A stretch of DNA of 64,000 bases from Acidimicrobiia bacterium. Lineage in GTDB: Bacteria; Actinomycetota; Acidimicrobiia; Spongiisociales; UBA5794. The stretch's first letter is position 1, and every line of letters starts with the position of its first letter. The notes under the pieces are model-generated. The model worked only from the letters and a program-made list of their open reading frames with translations. It did not search any database and was not told where the DNA came from. Of the stretch, positions 19,175 to 28,310 are shown piece after piece. Both the position numbers and the translations under genes were made by a program. The stretch covers positions 2,277 through 66,276 of the forward strand of contig BTQG01000002.1 of NCBI GenBank assembly GCA_036985755.1, in the 5' to 3' direction.

Positions 19175-19277
19175 CGGAAGCCCCCTCTGTCCCGCCGGCT
19201 CCGCCGTCGGTCCACCTCCCCCAAGAGCAAGAGGGGAGGAAACGGGCGGGAGCAGGCAGGTCGGTAGGGTTTTCGGG

Positions 19278-19679
19278 ATGGGTGTCACCAAGCGGGTTTT
19301 GCTCTGGGTGATGGGCGGGTTCTATGTCGTCGCCGGCATGAACCACTTCCTCAACGCCGAGGCGTACATCGCGATCATGCCCACCTACCTGCCCTGGCAC
19401 GGCCAGCTCGTTTTCCTCTCCGGCCTTGGCGAGGTCGCTCTCGGGATCGGCGTCCTCATCCCAACCACGAGGGTGGTGTCGGCGTGGGGCATCATCCTGT
19501 TGCTCATCCTGATCTTCCCGGCCAACCTGTACGTGGCAATGAATGATCTTGCCTATTTCGGAGGCGAACCGAACACCCTGCTCAATTGGCTGCGGCTTCC
19601 GTTCCAGCTCGTCCTGATCGCCTGGGCCTACGGGTACACGAAACCTGCACTGCCCGAACCGGTAGTGTCGCCCACATGA
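19278..19679 (+). CDS. DoxX-like small membrane protein
   Basis: MGVTKRVLLWVMGGFYVVAGMNHFLNAEAYIAIMPTYLPWHGQLVFLSGLGEVALGIGVL... with 4 TM segments. Confidence 0.5.
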   Translation: MGVTKRVLLWVMGGFYVVAGMNHFLNAEAYIAIMPTYLPWHGQLVFLSGLGEVALGIGVLIPTTRVVSAWGIILLLILIFPANLYVAMNDLAYFGGEPNTLLNWLRLPFQLVLIAWAYGYTKPALPEPVVSPT

Positions 19680-19749
19680 GCCGCCCCGGCTGTGGCACGA
19701 AAGACCCGGATCAGCGCACAGGCTTCCTGCGCGCCAACGCCGAACGCTG

Positions 19750-20742
19750 ATGCGCGCCGTAGTGTGTCGGGAGTTCGGCCCGGTCGATCGCCTCGAGCTG
19801 GCAGAGCTGCCCGACCCTGAGCCCGGCCCAGGAGAGGTGGTGATCGACGTCTCGGTGGCTGCCATGAACTTCCCGGATACCCTGATCGTGCAAGGCAACT
19901 ATCAGGTCCGGCCCGAGCCTCCCTTCTCCCCCGGGTTCGAGGGGACCGGGGTCATCTCCGCGGTGGGGGATGGGGTTACGTTGCAGGTTGGGTCCCAGGT
20001 GGTCGCCGCGTTCACCCACGGTTCGTTCGCCGAGAAGTGGCTGGTGCCTGCTGCCAGTGTGCTCGCCTTTCCCAACGGGCTCTCGCTGGAGGAGGCTGCC
20101 GGATTCACCATCACCTACGGCACCTCGTTCTACGCCCTGAGCCAACGAGGGCAGCTAGGCAAGGGTGAGGTGCTCCTGGTCCTCGGCGCCGCCGGTGGTG
20201 TCGGCAGTGCTGCGGTGGAACTGGGCAAGATCATGGGGGCCACCGTCATCGCGGCGGCGTCGACAGAGGACAAGCTCTCATTCGCCGCCTCGCTCGGCGC
20301 CGATCACACCATCAACTACACCGAACAGGAGCTGAAGGCAGCGGTCAAGGAATTCACCGACGGGCGAGGCGTCGACGTGGTGTACGACCCGGTGGGTGGC
20401 GAGCTGTCGGAGACCGCCTTCCGGACCATCGCCTGGGGGGGCCGCCATCTGGTGATCGGCTTCGCCGCAGGCGACATTCCTGCCATTCCCCTCAACCTTC
20501 CCTTGCTCAAAGGGGCGTCGATCGTCGGGGCGTACTGGGGAGATTGGTTGAGGGAGGAACCGCACCAGGCCGCAGAAACGGTCGCCGAGCTCTACGAGCT
20601 CGCCGCAGCCGGTCGGGTCCATCCGCGAGTCAGTGATGTCTTCGCCCTCGAGCAATATGCCGACGGCTACGCCGCCCTCACCAGCCGCGCCGCCAAGGGC
20701 AAGGTGTTGTTGCGGGTAGCGGAGCCCTCTTTCCCCCGGTAG
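19750..20742 (+). CDS. Zn-dependent alcohol dehydrogenase family / NADPH:quinone oxidoreductase
   Basis: 330 aa with an MDR fold. The cofactor motif LVLGAAGGVGSAAV is present. Confidence 0.85.
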   Translation: MRAVVCREFGPVDRLELAELPDPEPGPGEVVIDVSVAAMNFPDTLIVQGNYQVRPEPPFSPGFEGTGVISAVGDGVTLQVGSQVVAAFTHGSFAEKWLVPAASVLAFPNGLSLEEAAGFTITYGTSFYALSQRGQLGKGEVLLVLGAAGGVGSAAVELGKIMGATVIAAASTEDKLSFAASLGADHTINYTEQELKAAVKEFTDGRGVDVVYDPVGGELSETAFRTIAWGGRHLVIGFAAGDIPAIPLNLPLLKGASIVGAYWGDWLREEPHQAAETVAELYELAAAGRVHPRVSDVFALEQYADGYAALTSRAAKGKVLLRVAEPSFPR

Positions 20743-20926
20743 CGGGCATTTGGGAGTGAGTGGTGGAGAGGCACGACCTCCGAGTTGCCCCTCGCCCGGC
20801 TCGCGAAAAACCCCATCTGAGCCATTGCGCAAGTTGTCGGCTAGGCCACCGATAGGAACTTAAGGGAATTCTTACATTCCAACCCGCACGCTCGTGCCAC
20901 GTTGGCGCAAAGCAGAAGGGTGCGAA

Positions 20927-21562
20927 ATGCGCAAGATCGGCGTTCTCGTGGCAGCACTGGGCATGTTGGCCGCGGCCTGCTCCAGTCCGGAATCGAGCAC
21001 CCGCTCGATCACCGACGCCGGTCGGCTCACCAGGATCGACATCCCGGCCGACTGGCAGTACTACTCGAACGACGCCCTTGCCGACATCGTGTCCACACCG
21101 TTTGTCTCGCAGGCACCGGGATTCGAGATGCCGGTTATGTCGCGCTTCGTCTTCGACGCGGCACCCATCCCGACCACCGACAACCTGATCGCCCCTCTCT
21201 CCCAAGCAGATTTTCCGATCGGCAGCTCCGTGGTGCGCCGCATCTCGCCCGACATGCGCGACCAGATGTCCCGTTACCTGCTCGCTGAGGCCGTCGCGCC
21301 GTACCACGCGGCGTCGGAACAGCGCGAGTTGGCCAAGAGCGATATCGACCTGGGAGACGACTACCAGGGCGTGCAGGTGACCGTGATCTTCAAGGAGCCC
21401 GGCACCGAGCTAGACGTTGGCGTCCACCTGATCTCGGTCACCGATCCCGAGGTGACCATGCTGTACCAGGTGGCCATCGGGTGCAGCATGGAGTGCTTCC
21501 GGGCATACGGTCCAACGATCAGAGAGGTCGTCGATTCGTGGCTGGTGAACACCCGTGGGTAG
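20927..21562 (+). CDS. Hypothetical lipoprotein
   Basis: MRKIGVLVAALGMLAAACSSPESS (lipobox). It sits 27 nt upstream of the FtsH-like gene. Confidence 0.55.
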   Translation: MRKIGVLVAALGMLAAACSSPESSTRSITDAGRLTRIDIPADWQYYSNDALADIVSTPFVSQAPGFEMPVMSRFVFDAAPIPTTDNLIAPLSQADFPIGSSVVRRISPDMRDQMSRYLLAEAVAPYHAASEQRELAKSDIDLGDDYQGVQVTVIFKEPGTELDVGVHLISVTDPEVTMLYQVAIGCSMECFRAYGPTIREVVDSWLVNTRG

Positions 21563-21588
21563 AGGAACCGCTCACCGGGGAGTGAACT

Positions 21589-23916
21589 GTGGCTAGAGGC
21601 ACCGTTTATGAGGGTGTGAAGGTGGAGAAGAGCCGGCGTAACCCGGCGTCGATCTTCGACCGATTCAAGATCCTGCTCATCCTTGCGGTGTTCTTCCTCA
21701 TCGCGGTGACCTACCAGCTCAACCCGCCGTTCACCGGGTGGAGCGAGGCGCTGGAGATCACCCTCGGCACGGTCATCGGCTTCGGCCTCGTCGTGGCGAT
21801 GGGTCTCGAGATCCTCCGTCAGTTCCACTACTACATCTCGGAAACGTGGGCCGCCTACAACCACCTGTGGTCGAACAGTGTGTTCGGCGGCTTGGAGCGG
21901 ACGTTGCAGGGGATGATGACCGAGTGGACCCGGTTCCGCCTGGCCAGGCTGTTCAAGATCTTCCTGTTTTTCATGGTCATCGGGAGCGGGGTGATGATCG
22001 TCGTCGGCGGGGTCACCAACCCGATCGATGGCCTGCTCGCCATCCCAAGCCTGATCGGCCAGTACGCCTTCATCATCGTCTATTTCATGATGATCATGTC
22101 GCTGATGGTCGGGCAGTTCGTCCTGATGTTCTGGTTCCTCAGCAAGGGTGGGATCGACGTCGTATTTCCTGAGGATATCGAAACCCGCTTCGATTCGGTG
22201 TGGGGCCAGGACCATGTGCTCGATCTGGTCAAGGAGAACGTCGCCTTCCTGGAGAACCCCGACGAGATCGAGGCAAAAGGTGGCTACATCCCAGGCGGAA
22301 TCCTCCTGTGGGGTCCTCCCGGCACCGGAAAGACCCTCATAGCAGAAGCCATCTCCGGCGAGATCGGCAAGCCGTTCGTCTTCGTCGACCCCGGCGCCTT
22401 CATCCAGATGTTCATGGGCATCGGCATCCTCAAAGTGAAACGGCTGTTCCGCAAGCTGCGCAAGCTGTCGCTCCAGCACGGCGGTGTGATCGTGTTCTTC
22501 GACGAGGCAGATGCTCTCGGCAGCCGCGGCGCCATCGGGGCGGGCGGCCAGGGACAGTTCCAATTCGAAGCCGCCAACAGCTTGCAGTGCAACGGCCTCG
22601 GTTACGTGTCGGACCAGAGCCGCTATCAGGTGCTGGACTCGATGGGCCTGCTCGACGGGTCCGCGGCACCGGAACCACCGCAGCGGTGGGTAGACCGCAT
22701 CATGATGGGCATGGGCGGCGGAGGCGGCGGAGGCGGCATGGGGACCTTGCAAGCGCTGCTCACCGAGATGTCCGGGCTCAAGAAGCCGCGGGGCCTTTCG
22801 AACAAGCTGCGGCGTGCCGTCGGAATGAAACCGAAGCCGCCGCCGCAGTACCGGATCCTGGTGATGATGGCGACCAACATGCCGGACGCCCTCGACGAAG
22901 CGCTGCTCCGGCCCGGTCGCATCGACCGCATCTACAAGGTCGGCTATCCGTCGAAGACAGGCCGCGAGGAGACCTTCCGCGGCTACCTGAAGAAGGTGAA
23001 GAACGTCCTCACCGAAGAGGAAATCGACCGTCTCGCCACCATGACGCCGTACTACTCGGGCGCCAAGGTCAAGGACCTGGTCAACGAAGCCCTGATCCTC
23101 GCCATTCGCGACGACCGCGATACGGTGGAATGGGATGACATCTGGCACGCCCGTTCCACCAAGGAGCTTGGGCCGCCGGAAGACGTCGAGTACATCGAAC
23201 GAGAACGTCACGCGGTGGCGATCCACGAGGCCGGCCACGCCGTGGCCGCACATCTTTTGCGATCACACCGCATGATCGATCTGGTCTCGATCGAGAAGCG
23301 GGCGACCGCCCTGGGCATGGTCGCTTCCCTCGATATCGAAGACCGGGTGACCCAGTGGCAAACCGAGCTCGAGATCGACGTCAAGGTGTCGATCGCCTCG
23401 CTCGCCGTGGAGCGGATGTTCTTCGGCGGCGACAGCTCGTCCGGCGTGTCCAGCGATTTGCAGGCGGCGACCAACCTCACCGCGCTCATGGAGGGCGTTT
23501 TCGGTATGGGGTCGGGGCTGACATCGCTCGCCGGCCTGCCCGAGCACATCATCACGCAGACTCCCGACCCCACCGACAAGGTGGTCGGCCGGATGTCGGA
23601 CCGCATCGAGAAGCGCCTTCAGGTCCTGTACGACGAGGTGTACGAACTGCTCGAGGAACATCGCCAGGACGTGGCCCGCCTGGCCGGCGTGCTCGGGGAG
23701 AAGAGGACGATCTCCGGCGAGGAGGTCGCTGAGGTCATGGGATCGGATTCAGGCTCATGGACGTCACACAAGCCCGAAGGCTTTGCCGCCGCCGACCTCG
23801 ACGACCTGCGCTCTGCAATGAGCGACAACGGCCCATCGGGGAACGGCGGTGTCCCGGAGAAGCGGGCGAGAGGTCCCAAGGGCAACGGCGAGGTAGAGCC
23901 CGTCCCCGGCACGTAG
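21589..23916 (+). CDS. Divergent FtsH-family ATP-dependent zinc metalloprotease (AAA+ + M41) with a 4-TM N-domain and an inserted segment in the AAA module
   Basis: Walker A GPPGTGKT, pore loop FIQMFMGIGILKVKRLF, Walker B VIVFFDEADALG, SRH/Arg-finger ATNMPDALDEALLRPGRIDR and the M41 zinc site HEAGHAV are all present. A ~95-aa Gly-rich insert (..MGMGGGGGGGGMG..) lies between Walker B and sensor-1. About 4 N-terminal TM helices replace the 2 of canonical FtsH. Confidence 0.8.
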   Translation: MARGTVYEGVKVEKSRRNPASIFDRFKILLILAVFFLIAVTYQLNPPFTGWSEALEITLGTVIGFGLVVAMGLEILRQFHYYISETWAAYNHLWSNSVFGGLERTLQGMMTEWTRFRLARLFKIFLFFMVIGSGVMIVVGGVTNPIDGLLAIPSLIGQYAFIIVYFMMIMSLMVGQFVLMFWFLSKGGIDVVFPEDIETRFDSVWGQDHVLDLVKENVAFLENPDEIEAKGGYIPGGILLWGPPGTGKTLIAEAISGEIGKPFVFVDPGAFIQMFMGIGILKVKRLFRKLRKLSLQHGGVIVFFDEADALGSRGAIGAGGQGQFQFEAANSLQCNGLGYVSDQSRYQVLDSMGLLDGSAAPEPPQRWVDRIMMGMGGGGGGGGMGTLQALLTEMSGLKKPRGLSNKLRRAVGMKPKPPPQYRILVMMATNMPDALDEALLRPGRIDRIYKVGYPSKTGREETFRGYLKKVKNVLTEEEIDRLATMTPYYSGAKVKDLVNEALILAIRDDRDTVEWDDIWHARSTKELGPPEDVEYIERERHAVAIHEAGHAVAAHLLRSHRMIDLVSIEKRATALGMVASLDIEDRVTQWQTELEIDVKVSIASLAVERMFFGGDSSSGVSSDLQAATNLTALMEGVFGMGSGLTSLAGLPEHIITQTPDPTDKVVGRMSDRIEKRLQVLYDEVYELLEEHRQDVARLAGVLGEKRTISGEEVAEVMGSDSGSWTSHKPEGFAAADLDDLRSAMSDNGPSGNGGVPEKRARGPKGNGEVEPVPGT

Positions 23917-24079
23917 CCGGGTTGGGAGATCAGCTCGGCAACACATCCGAGGCAAGCGGCGGCGGCGATTCCCCTTCGCCGACGCTGGATGCCCCGCCCC
24001 CAACATGTATGTCGAGTGCGACCTCGGCTCAACCCGGACCGTCTATGGGCATCGGTAGGGTCATGGCAGGAGGAACACC

Positions 24080-24169
24080 ATGCCGACCGAGAGGAAAATG
24101 AGCGTCCCCGCCGACACGTTGGAGCGTTGCGAGCCTTCACCGGGACCCGCCGCCCCGGTCGGACAATGA
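24080..24169 (+). CDS. 29-codon upstream ORF translationally coupled to mtnN (putative leader peptide)
   Basis: A perfect SD (AGGAGG) lies 6 nt before the ATG. It encodes MPTERKMSVPADTLERCEPSPGPAAPVGQ. Its TGA stop overlaps the mtnN ATG (ATGATG). Confidence 0.3.
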   Translation: MPTERKMSVPADTLERCEPSPGPAAPVGQ

Positions 24170-24861
24170 TGATCGGAATCATTGGTGCGATGGAAGCCGA
24201 GGTGCGCCTGGTCGGTGAGATGCTCGGCGAGCGCACCATCACCCACTCCACCGGCCGCGACTACGTCACCGGGAGGCTCGGCGATGAGGCGGTCACCGTC
24301 TCCATTTCCGGGTTCGGCAAGGTGGCAGCGGCATCGACCGTCACCACCATGCTCGACCGATTCGACACGGAGGCGATCGTGTTCAGCGGCGTCGCCGGTG
24401 CTCTCCATGCCGACGTGAACCGCGGCGACGTTGTCATCGCCGATGAGCTCGCCCAGCATGACTTCGATGCCAGACCGCTCTTTCCCCGCTTCGTCATCCC
24501 ATCGTTGCATGTCGACCGGATCAGGGCCGACGAGGCGTGGACGGAGCGTGCCGCCTCGGCAGCGGCCGGGGCCGGAGCAACCGTGCATCGCGGGCTCGTT
24601 CTCTCCGGTGATCGGTTCATCGGCAACGACGCCGATCGGGCGGGCCTGCGTTCGCTGTTTCCCGATGCACTGGCCGTCGAGATGGAAGGAGCCGCCGTCG
24701 CCCAGGTGTGCGCCGAACGCAGGGTTCCGTTTGCGGTGATCCGGGCCATCTCGGACACAGCGGACGGCGACGCCGCCACCGACTTCCTCGATTTCGTTGA
24801 CCAGCAGGCGGCCCCGCTGCTCGCCGAGATCATCGCAGGCCTGATAACAGCTACCGAGTGA
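24166..24861 (+). CDS. mtnN: 5'-methylthioadenosine/S-adenosylhomocysteine nucleosidase
   Basis: MMIGIIGAMEAEV...SGFGKVAAASTVTTML...VEMEGAAVAQVC...IRAISD; a PNP/UDP-1 fold with the MTAN signature. Confidence 0.85.
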   Translation: MMIGIIGAMEAEVRLVGEMLGERTITHSTGRDYVTGRLGDEAVTVSISGFGKVAAASTVTTMLDRFDTEAIVFSGVAGALHADVNRGDVVIADELAQHDFDARPLFPRFVIPSLHVDRIRADEAWTERAASAAAGAGATVHRGLVLSGDRFIGNDADRAGLRSLFPDALAVEMEGAAVAQVCAERRVPFAVIRAISDTADGDAATDFLDFVDQQAAPLLAEIIAGLITATE

Positions 24862-24903
24862 TGGTGGTGGAGCCCGGACTCGATACTCGCACGCTGTTGT
24901 CCG

Positions 24904-26553
24904 TCACGGTGGAGGGCCGGGAGCAACCGACAGGTCGTCCATCTCGAGTTGCACCCGGGGGATCGTCGGGTTGCGGACCGTGTTGCGCACGATCTCCTCG
25001 ACACCCTCGCCTTTCGCCTCGAGCTTCTTCGCTGGCAGCCGGATAGCCATCACCGCGCCAAATAGGGCCACGATCCCTCCGACGATGATCGCTCCCTGGA
25101 AGCCGTCGAGCGCCGCCGCGTCATAGATCGACGCCACCTCAGCCTGCACCTCTGGCGGGGTGTCGGCCAGTTCTTGTTCGAATCGCTGCCGGTCTGCGGC
25201 GTCCAGCCCTCCGCCGAGTGCGAGCTCGGTGGCGGCCTTGGTCTCTTGCGGAATCAGCGCACTGTCTTGCACCTGGTCACCGATCGAGGAAAGGGCCACA
25301 CTGAGGATGACGGTGCCGATGACGGCGGTCCCCAGGGCCATGCCCAGGTTCTGCGCCGTGCCCTGGAGCCCCGATGCCTCGCTGGCCTCGGCGGAATCGA
25401 CCCCGCTGAGGATGAGGTTGGGCAACTGGCCGGCGATGAGCCCGATGGCGATGCCCCCGATGAGTAGACCGAGCGCCATATCGAGCGCCTCGGTGGCGGT
25501 CTCGAGTGAATCCGCCAAAATGAAGCCGCCGACGAACAACAGCACGAGGCCTGCCTGGATGATGTATTTGGGGTAGATCCTCTGCCCCAGCGTCGGAGTC
25601 AGAACCGACGTCACCAACACGCCGATCGACAGCGGCAACAGGGTCAACCCGGTCTCGAGGGCGTCGAAGCCGAGCACCGACTGGGTGAACAGCGGAATCA
25701 GGAACAGCAGACCGGCCTGGGCGAACGTCTGAGTCGAAAGCACCGGCAGCCCCGCCGAGATGGCGCGATGGCGAAATATCGACGGGTGGACGAGCACGGG
25801 CCTGCCCCCGGCCTCTCCCCTTCGCACCCACCAGATAAAGGCGGCGATGAACGCAAGCCCGAGGCCGAGCATCGTCAGCACAAGTGGATCGCTCCAGCCC
25901 CGGTCGGTGGTCTGCAAGATCCCGAGCACGAACAGGCCGAGGCCAACAACCGAAAACACCACACCGACCACGTCGAGCTTCGGCTTAGGAACGACCGCCG
26001 GGGAATCCTTCATCAGCCCGGATGCCAGCAACACCCCGACGACGATGACGGCCTCAGCCCCGAAAGCCACCCGCCAGCTCAGGGAGGTGGTGATCCAACC
26101 GCCGATGAGTGGCCCGAAAGCAGCGCCGGCAGCCGCGACGCCGAAGAGAACCCCGTACGCAGAGGCGCGGCGCGAGCCCTTGTAGTTGGCTCGAACCAGC
26201 GTGTTGATGGCGGGCACGATGAGGGCCGATCCCAAACCTTCCAGAATCGACCAGCCGATGATCACGAAGCCGATCGTCGGCGCCACCGCGGTGATCGTGG
26301 TCCCGATGGCGTAGATGACAAGCCCGATGCGGAAGGCCCGCTTCGATCCCCAGATATCGCCGAGCTTGCCCCCGGTGAGCATGAACGAGGCCATGGTCAG
26401 CGTGTACAGGGTGATGGCGGTCTGCACCGCGCCGACCGTGGTGTCCAGGTCCTCGACCAGCGCCGAGATCGACACGTTCATCAGCGTGGTATCGATTACG
26501 TAGACGAACATCGCCGCCGACAGCACGGCGAGGACGATCGCTGCCGAGGACAT
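24904..26553 (-). CDS. MFS transporter, DHA2-like (14 TMS drug/H+ antiporter type)
   Basis: About 14 hydrophobic segments. The MFS motif A-like GKLGDIWGSKRAF is present. The start was set at the internal ATG (MSSAAIVLAV). Confidence 0.85.
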   Translation of the reverse strand: MSSAAIVLAVLSAAMFVYVIDTTLMNVSISALVEDLDTTVGAVQTAITLYTLTMASFMLTGGKLGDIWGSKRAFRIGLVIYAIGTTITAVAPTIGFVIIGWSILEGLGSALIVPAINTLVRANYKGSRRASAYGVLFGVAAAGAAFGPLIGGWITTSLSWRVAFGAEAVIVVGVLLASGLMKDSPAVVPKPKLDVVGVVFSVVGLGLFVLGILQTTDRGWSDPLVLTMLGLGLAFIAAFIWWVRRGEAGGRPVLVHPSIFRHRAISAGLPVLSTQTFAQAGLLFLIPLFTQSVLGFDALETGLTLLPLSIGVLVTSVLTPTLGQRIYPKYIIQAGLVLLFVGGFILADSLETATEALDMALGLLIGGIAIGLIAGQLPNLILSGVDSAEASEASGLQGTAQNLGMALGTAVIGTVILSVALSSIGDQVQDSALIPQETKAATELALGGGLDAADRQRFEQELADTPPEVQAEVASIYDAAALDGFQGAIIVGGIVALFGAVMAIRLPAKKLEAKGEGVEEIVRNTVRNPTIPRVQLEMDDLSVAPGPPP

Positions 26554-26766
26554 CTCCTGTTTCTTCAGCTCTTCTGCCACTTGAGGCCTTCCCTGTGGTG
26601 AGCGCGGCAACCCTAGCCAGGGCGCCAAGGATTCGAACTAGGCGTCGTACGTGTCTGGGTATACCGCCACGGTATGCCGAGACACGAGCGACGCCCCGAC
26701 CGCGCACTCCTCGGTCATTATCGTGTGGAACCACGCTGCCCGACTGTCCGGCTCGAGGGAGAACCC

Positions 26767-27246
26767 ATGGCCTCTGACGACAAACGACCGATGGAGGGAT
26801 TCGACGACTTCTTCGAGGTCGAGGTAGCCGTGAACGCATCGAGGGAACGACTGTACGAGCTCGTGACCAACATCGAGGGACTCTCGCAGTTCTTTCCATC
26901 GGTCTCTTTCAAGCTCGACTCCGACGCACCACTCGCCGTTGGCAGCACCTACCACACTCGTCAGAAAGGCTCGAAGACGTGGGTGCCCTATCGAGTATTG
27001 GTACTGGACCCGAACGCACGAATGTCCGCCGAATTGATCGGCAAGGACCCGCTGTTCAAATCTCTCAGGTATGACCATCGCTTCATCGCCGAGGAAGGCG
27101 CCACCACGTCCCGCGAAAGGGTGGACTACACCTTCCGATACGGCTACGCCGGACGTGTTCTCAACTTCGTCATAGGCAAGAGGCTGGTGCGAAAGCAGGT
27201 GTTGGATGCACACCGCAGACTCCGCGAGGCTGCGGGCCCCGACTAA
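26767..27246 (+). CDS. SRPBCC (START/polyketide-cyclase-like) family protein
   Basis: 159 aa, MASDDKRPMEGFDDFFEVEVAVNASRERLYELVTNIEGLSQFFPSV... consistent with a Bet-v1-like fold. Confidence 0.65.
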   Translation: MASDDKRPMEGFDDFFEVEVAVNASRERLYELVTNIEGLSQFFPSVSFKLDSDAPLAVGSTYHTRQKGSKTWVPYRVLVLDPNARMSAELIGKDPLFKSLRYDHRFIAEEGATTSRERVDYTFRYGYAGRVLNFVIGKRLVRKQVLDAHRRLREAAGPD

Positions 27247-27390
27247 CCCGCAATGGGGCTGGTCGCCTCGAGGTCGACGAGGGGGCGCAATCGGGGGCAA
27301 CCCGACGCCGCCGCGGTATCCCCTGTCTGGCCGCCGGGCGGGGCAAACGATGGCAACGGTCCCGGGTTCCACCGGCGCTGGTTAGCCTGG

Positions 27391-28245
27391 ATGGTGCATA
27401 TGAACATCGTCAACATGCACCGGGTGACGCGGCGAGCGTTCGTGACCGAGTTCGGTCGCGGTGTGTTTGCCATCGCCATTCTCGGGACCGGGATCGCCGC
27501 CTGCACGACCGGCAGCGACGACTCGAGCACGACGTCGGAGGATGCGACGCCCACCAGCGGCACCGACCCCACGACATCGACGACCTCGGAAGAAACCACG
27601 ACCAGCAAAGCCGAGCCTGAAGCCGGCGGCGGCATCAGCGTGACCAGGATCAACCTCGGCTTTGTATCCGCGTACGTGTTGGTGCGCGGCGCTGAAGCCG
27701 TCGTCGTCGATACCGGGGTCGCCGGGAGCGAGGGCGATATCGAGGCCGGACTGAGCGAGCTCGGTCTCGGCTGGAGCAACGTGGGCAGCGTGATCCTCAC
27801 TCACTTGCATCCCGATCATGTCGGCAGCCTGGGACCGGTGATGGACAATGCTTCCCAGGCGTTTGGATATGCCGGAAAGGCAGACATTCCCGCCATCGCC
27901 TCACCCCGGCCGTTGACGCCGGTCGGAGATGGAGACACGGTCTTCGGCCTCCCCATCATCAACACTCCCGGCCACACCCCCGGCTCGATCAGCGTGTTCG
28001 ATCCACTTGCCGGGGTCCTCGTCGTCGGTGACGCCATGAACGGCGCCGGCAGCGGTGTACCCGGGTCCGAAGGCGGCGTCGGCGGTGCCAACCCGAACCC
28101 GCAGTTCACCGCGGACATGGCTCAGGCTGAACAGTCGATCAAGAAACTCGCCGGGCTCGATTTCGACTCGGTGTATTTCGGCCACGGTGACCCCGTCGAG
28201 AGCAACGCCTCGCAGATGGTCGCCGAGCTCGCCGGGACGCTCTAG
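27391..28245 (+). CDS. Secreted MBL-fold metallo-hydrolase (Tat-like RRAFV signal + lipobox)
   Basis: RRAFVTEF...IAACTTGS, a Thr/Ser-rich linker, the THLHPDHVG motif (HxHxDH) and a downstream H/D ligand. Confidence 0.75.
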   Translation: MVHMNIVNMHRVTRRAFVTEFGRGVFAIAILGTGIAACTTGSDDSSTTSEDATPTSGTDPTTSTTSEETTTSKAEPEAGGGISVTRINLGFVSAYVLVRGAEAVVVDTGVAGSEGDIEAGLSELGLGWSNVGSVILTHLHPDHVGSLGPVMDNASQAFGYAGKADIPAIASPRPLTPVGDGDTVFGLPIINTPGHTPGSISVFDPLAGVLVVGDAMNGAGSGVPGSEGGVGGANPNPQFTADMAQAEQSIKKLAGLDFDSVYFGHGDPVESNASQMVAELAGTL

Positions 28246-28310
28246 GAAAGCCGGACGTTCGACGGGCTCACACCGTCAAATACGAGGTCACCAACCCAGG
28301 CTACGCGAGA

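Noticed and set aside
22703-22741. GGC/GGA-rich low-complexity DNA (poly-Gly) inside the FtsH-like gene
   Set aside because: It is a coding low-complexity linker, imperfect at the nucleotide level, and not an independent repeat element.
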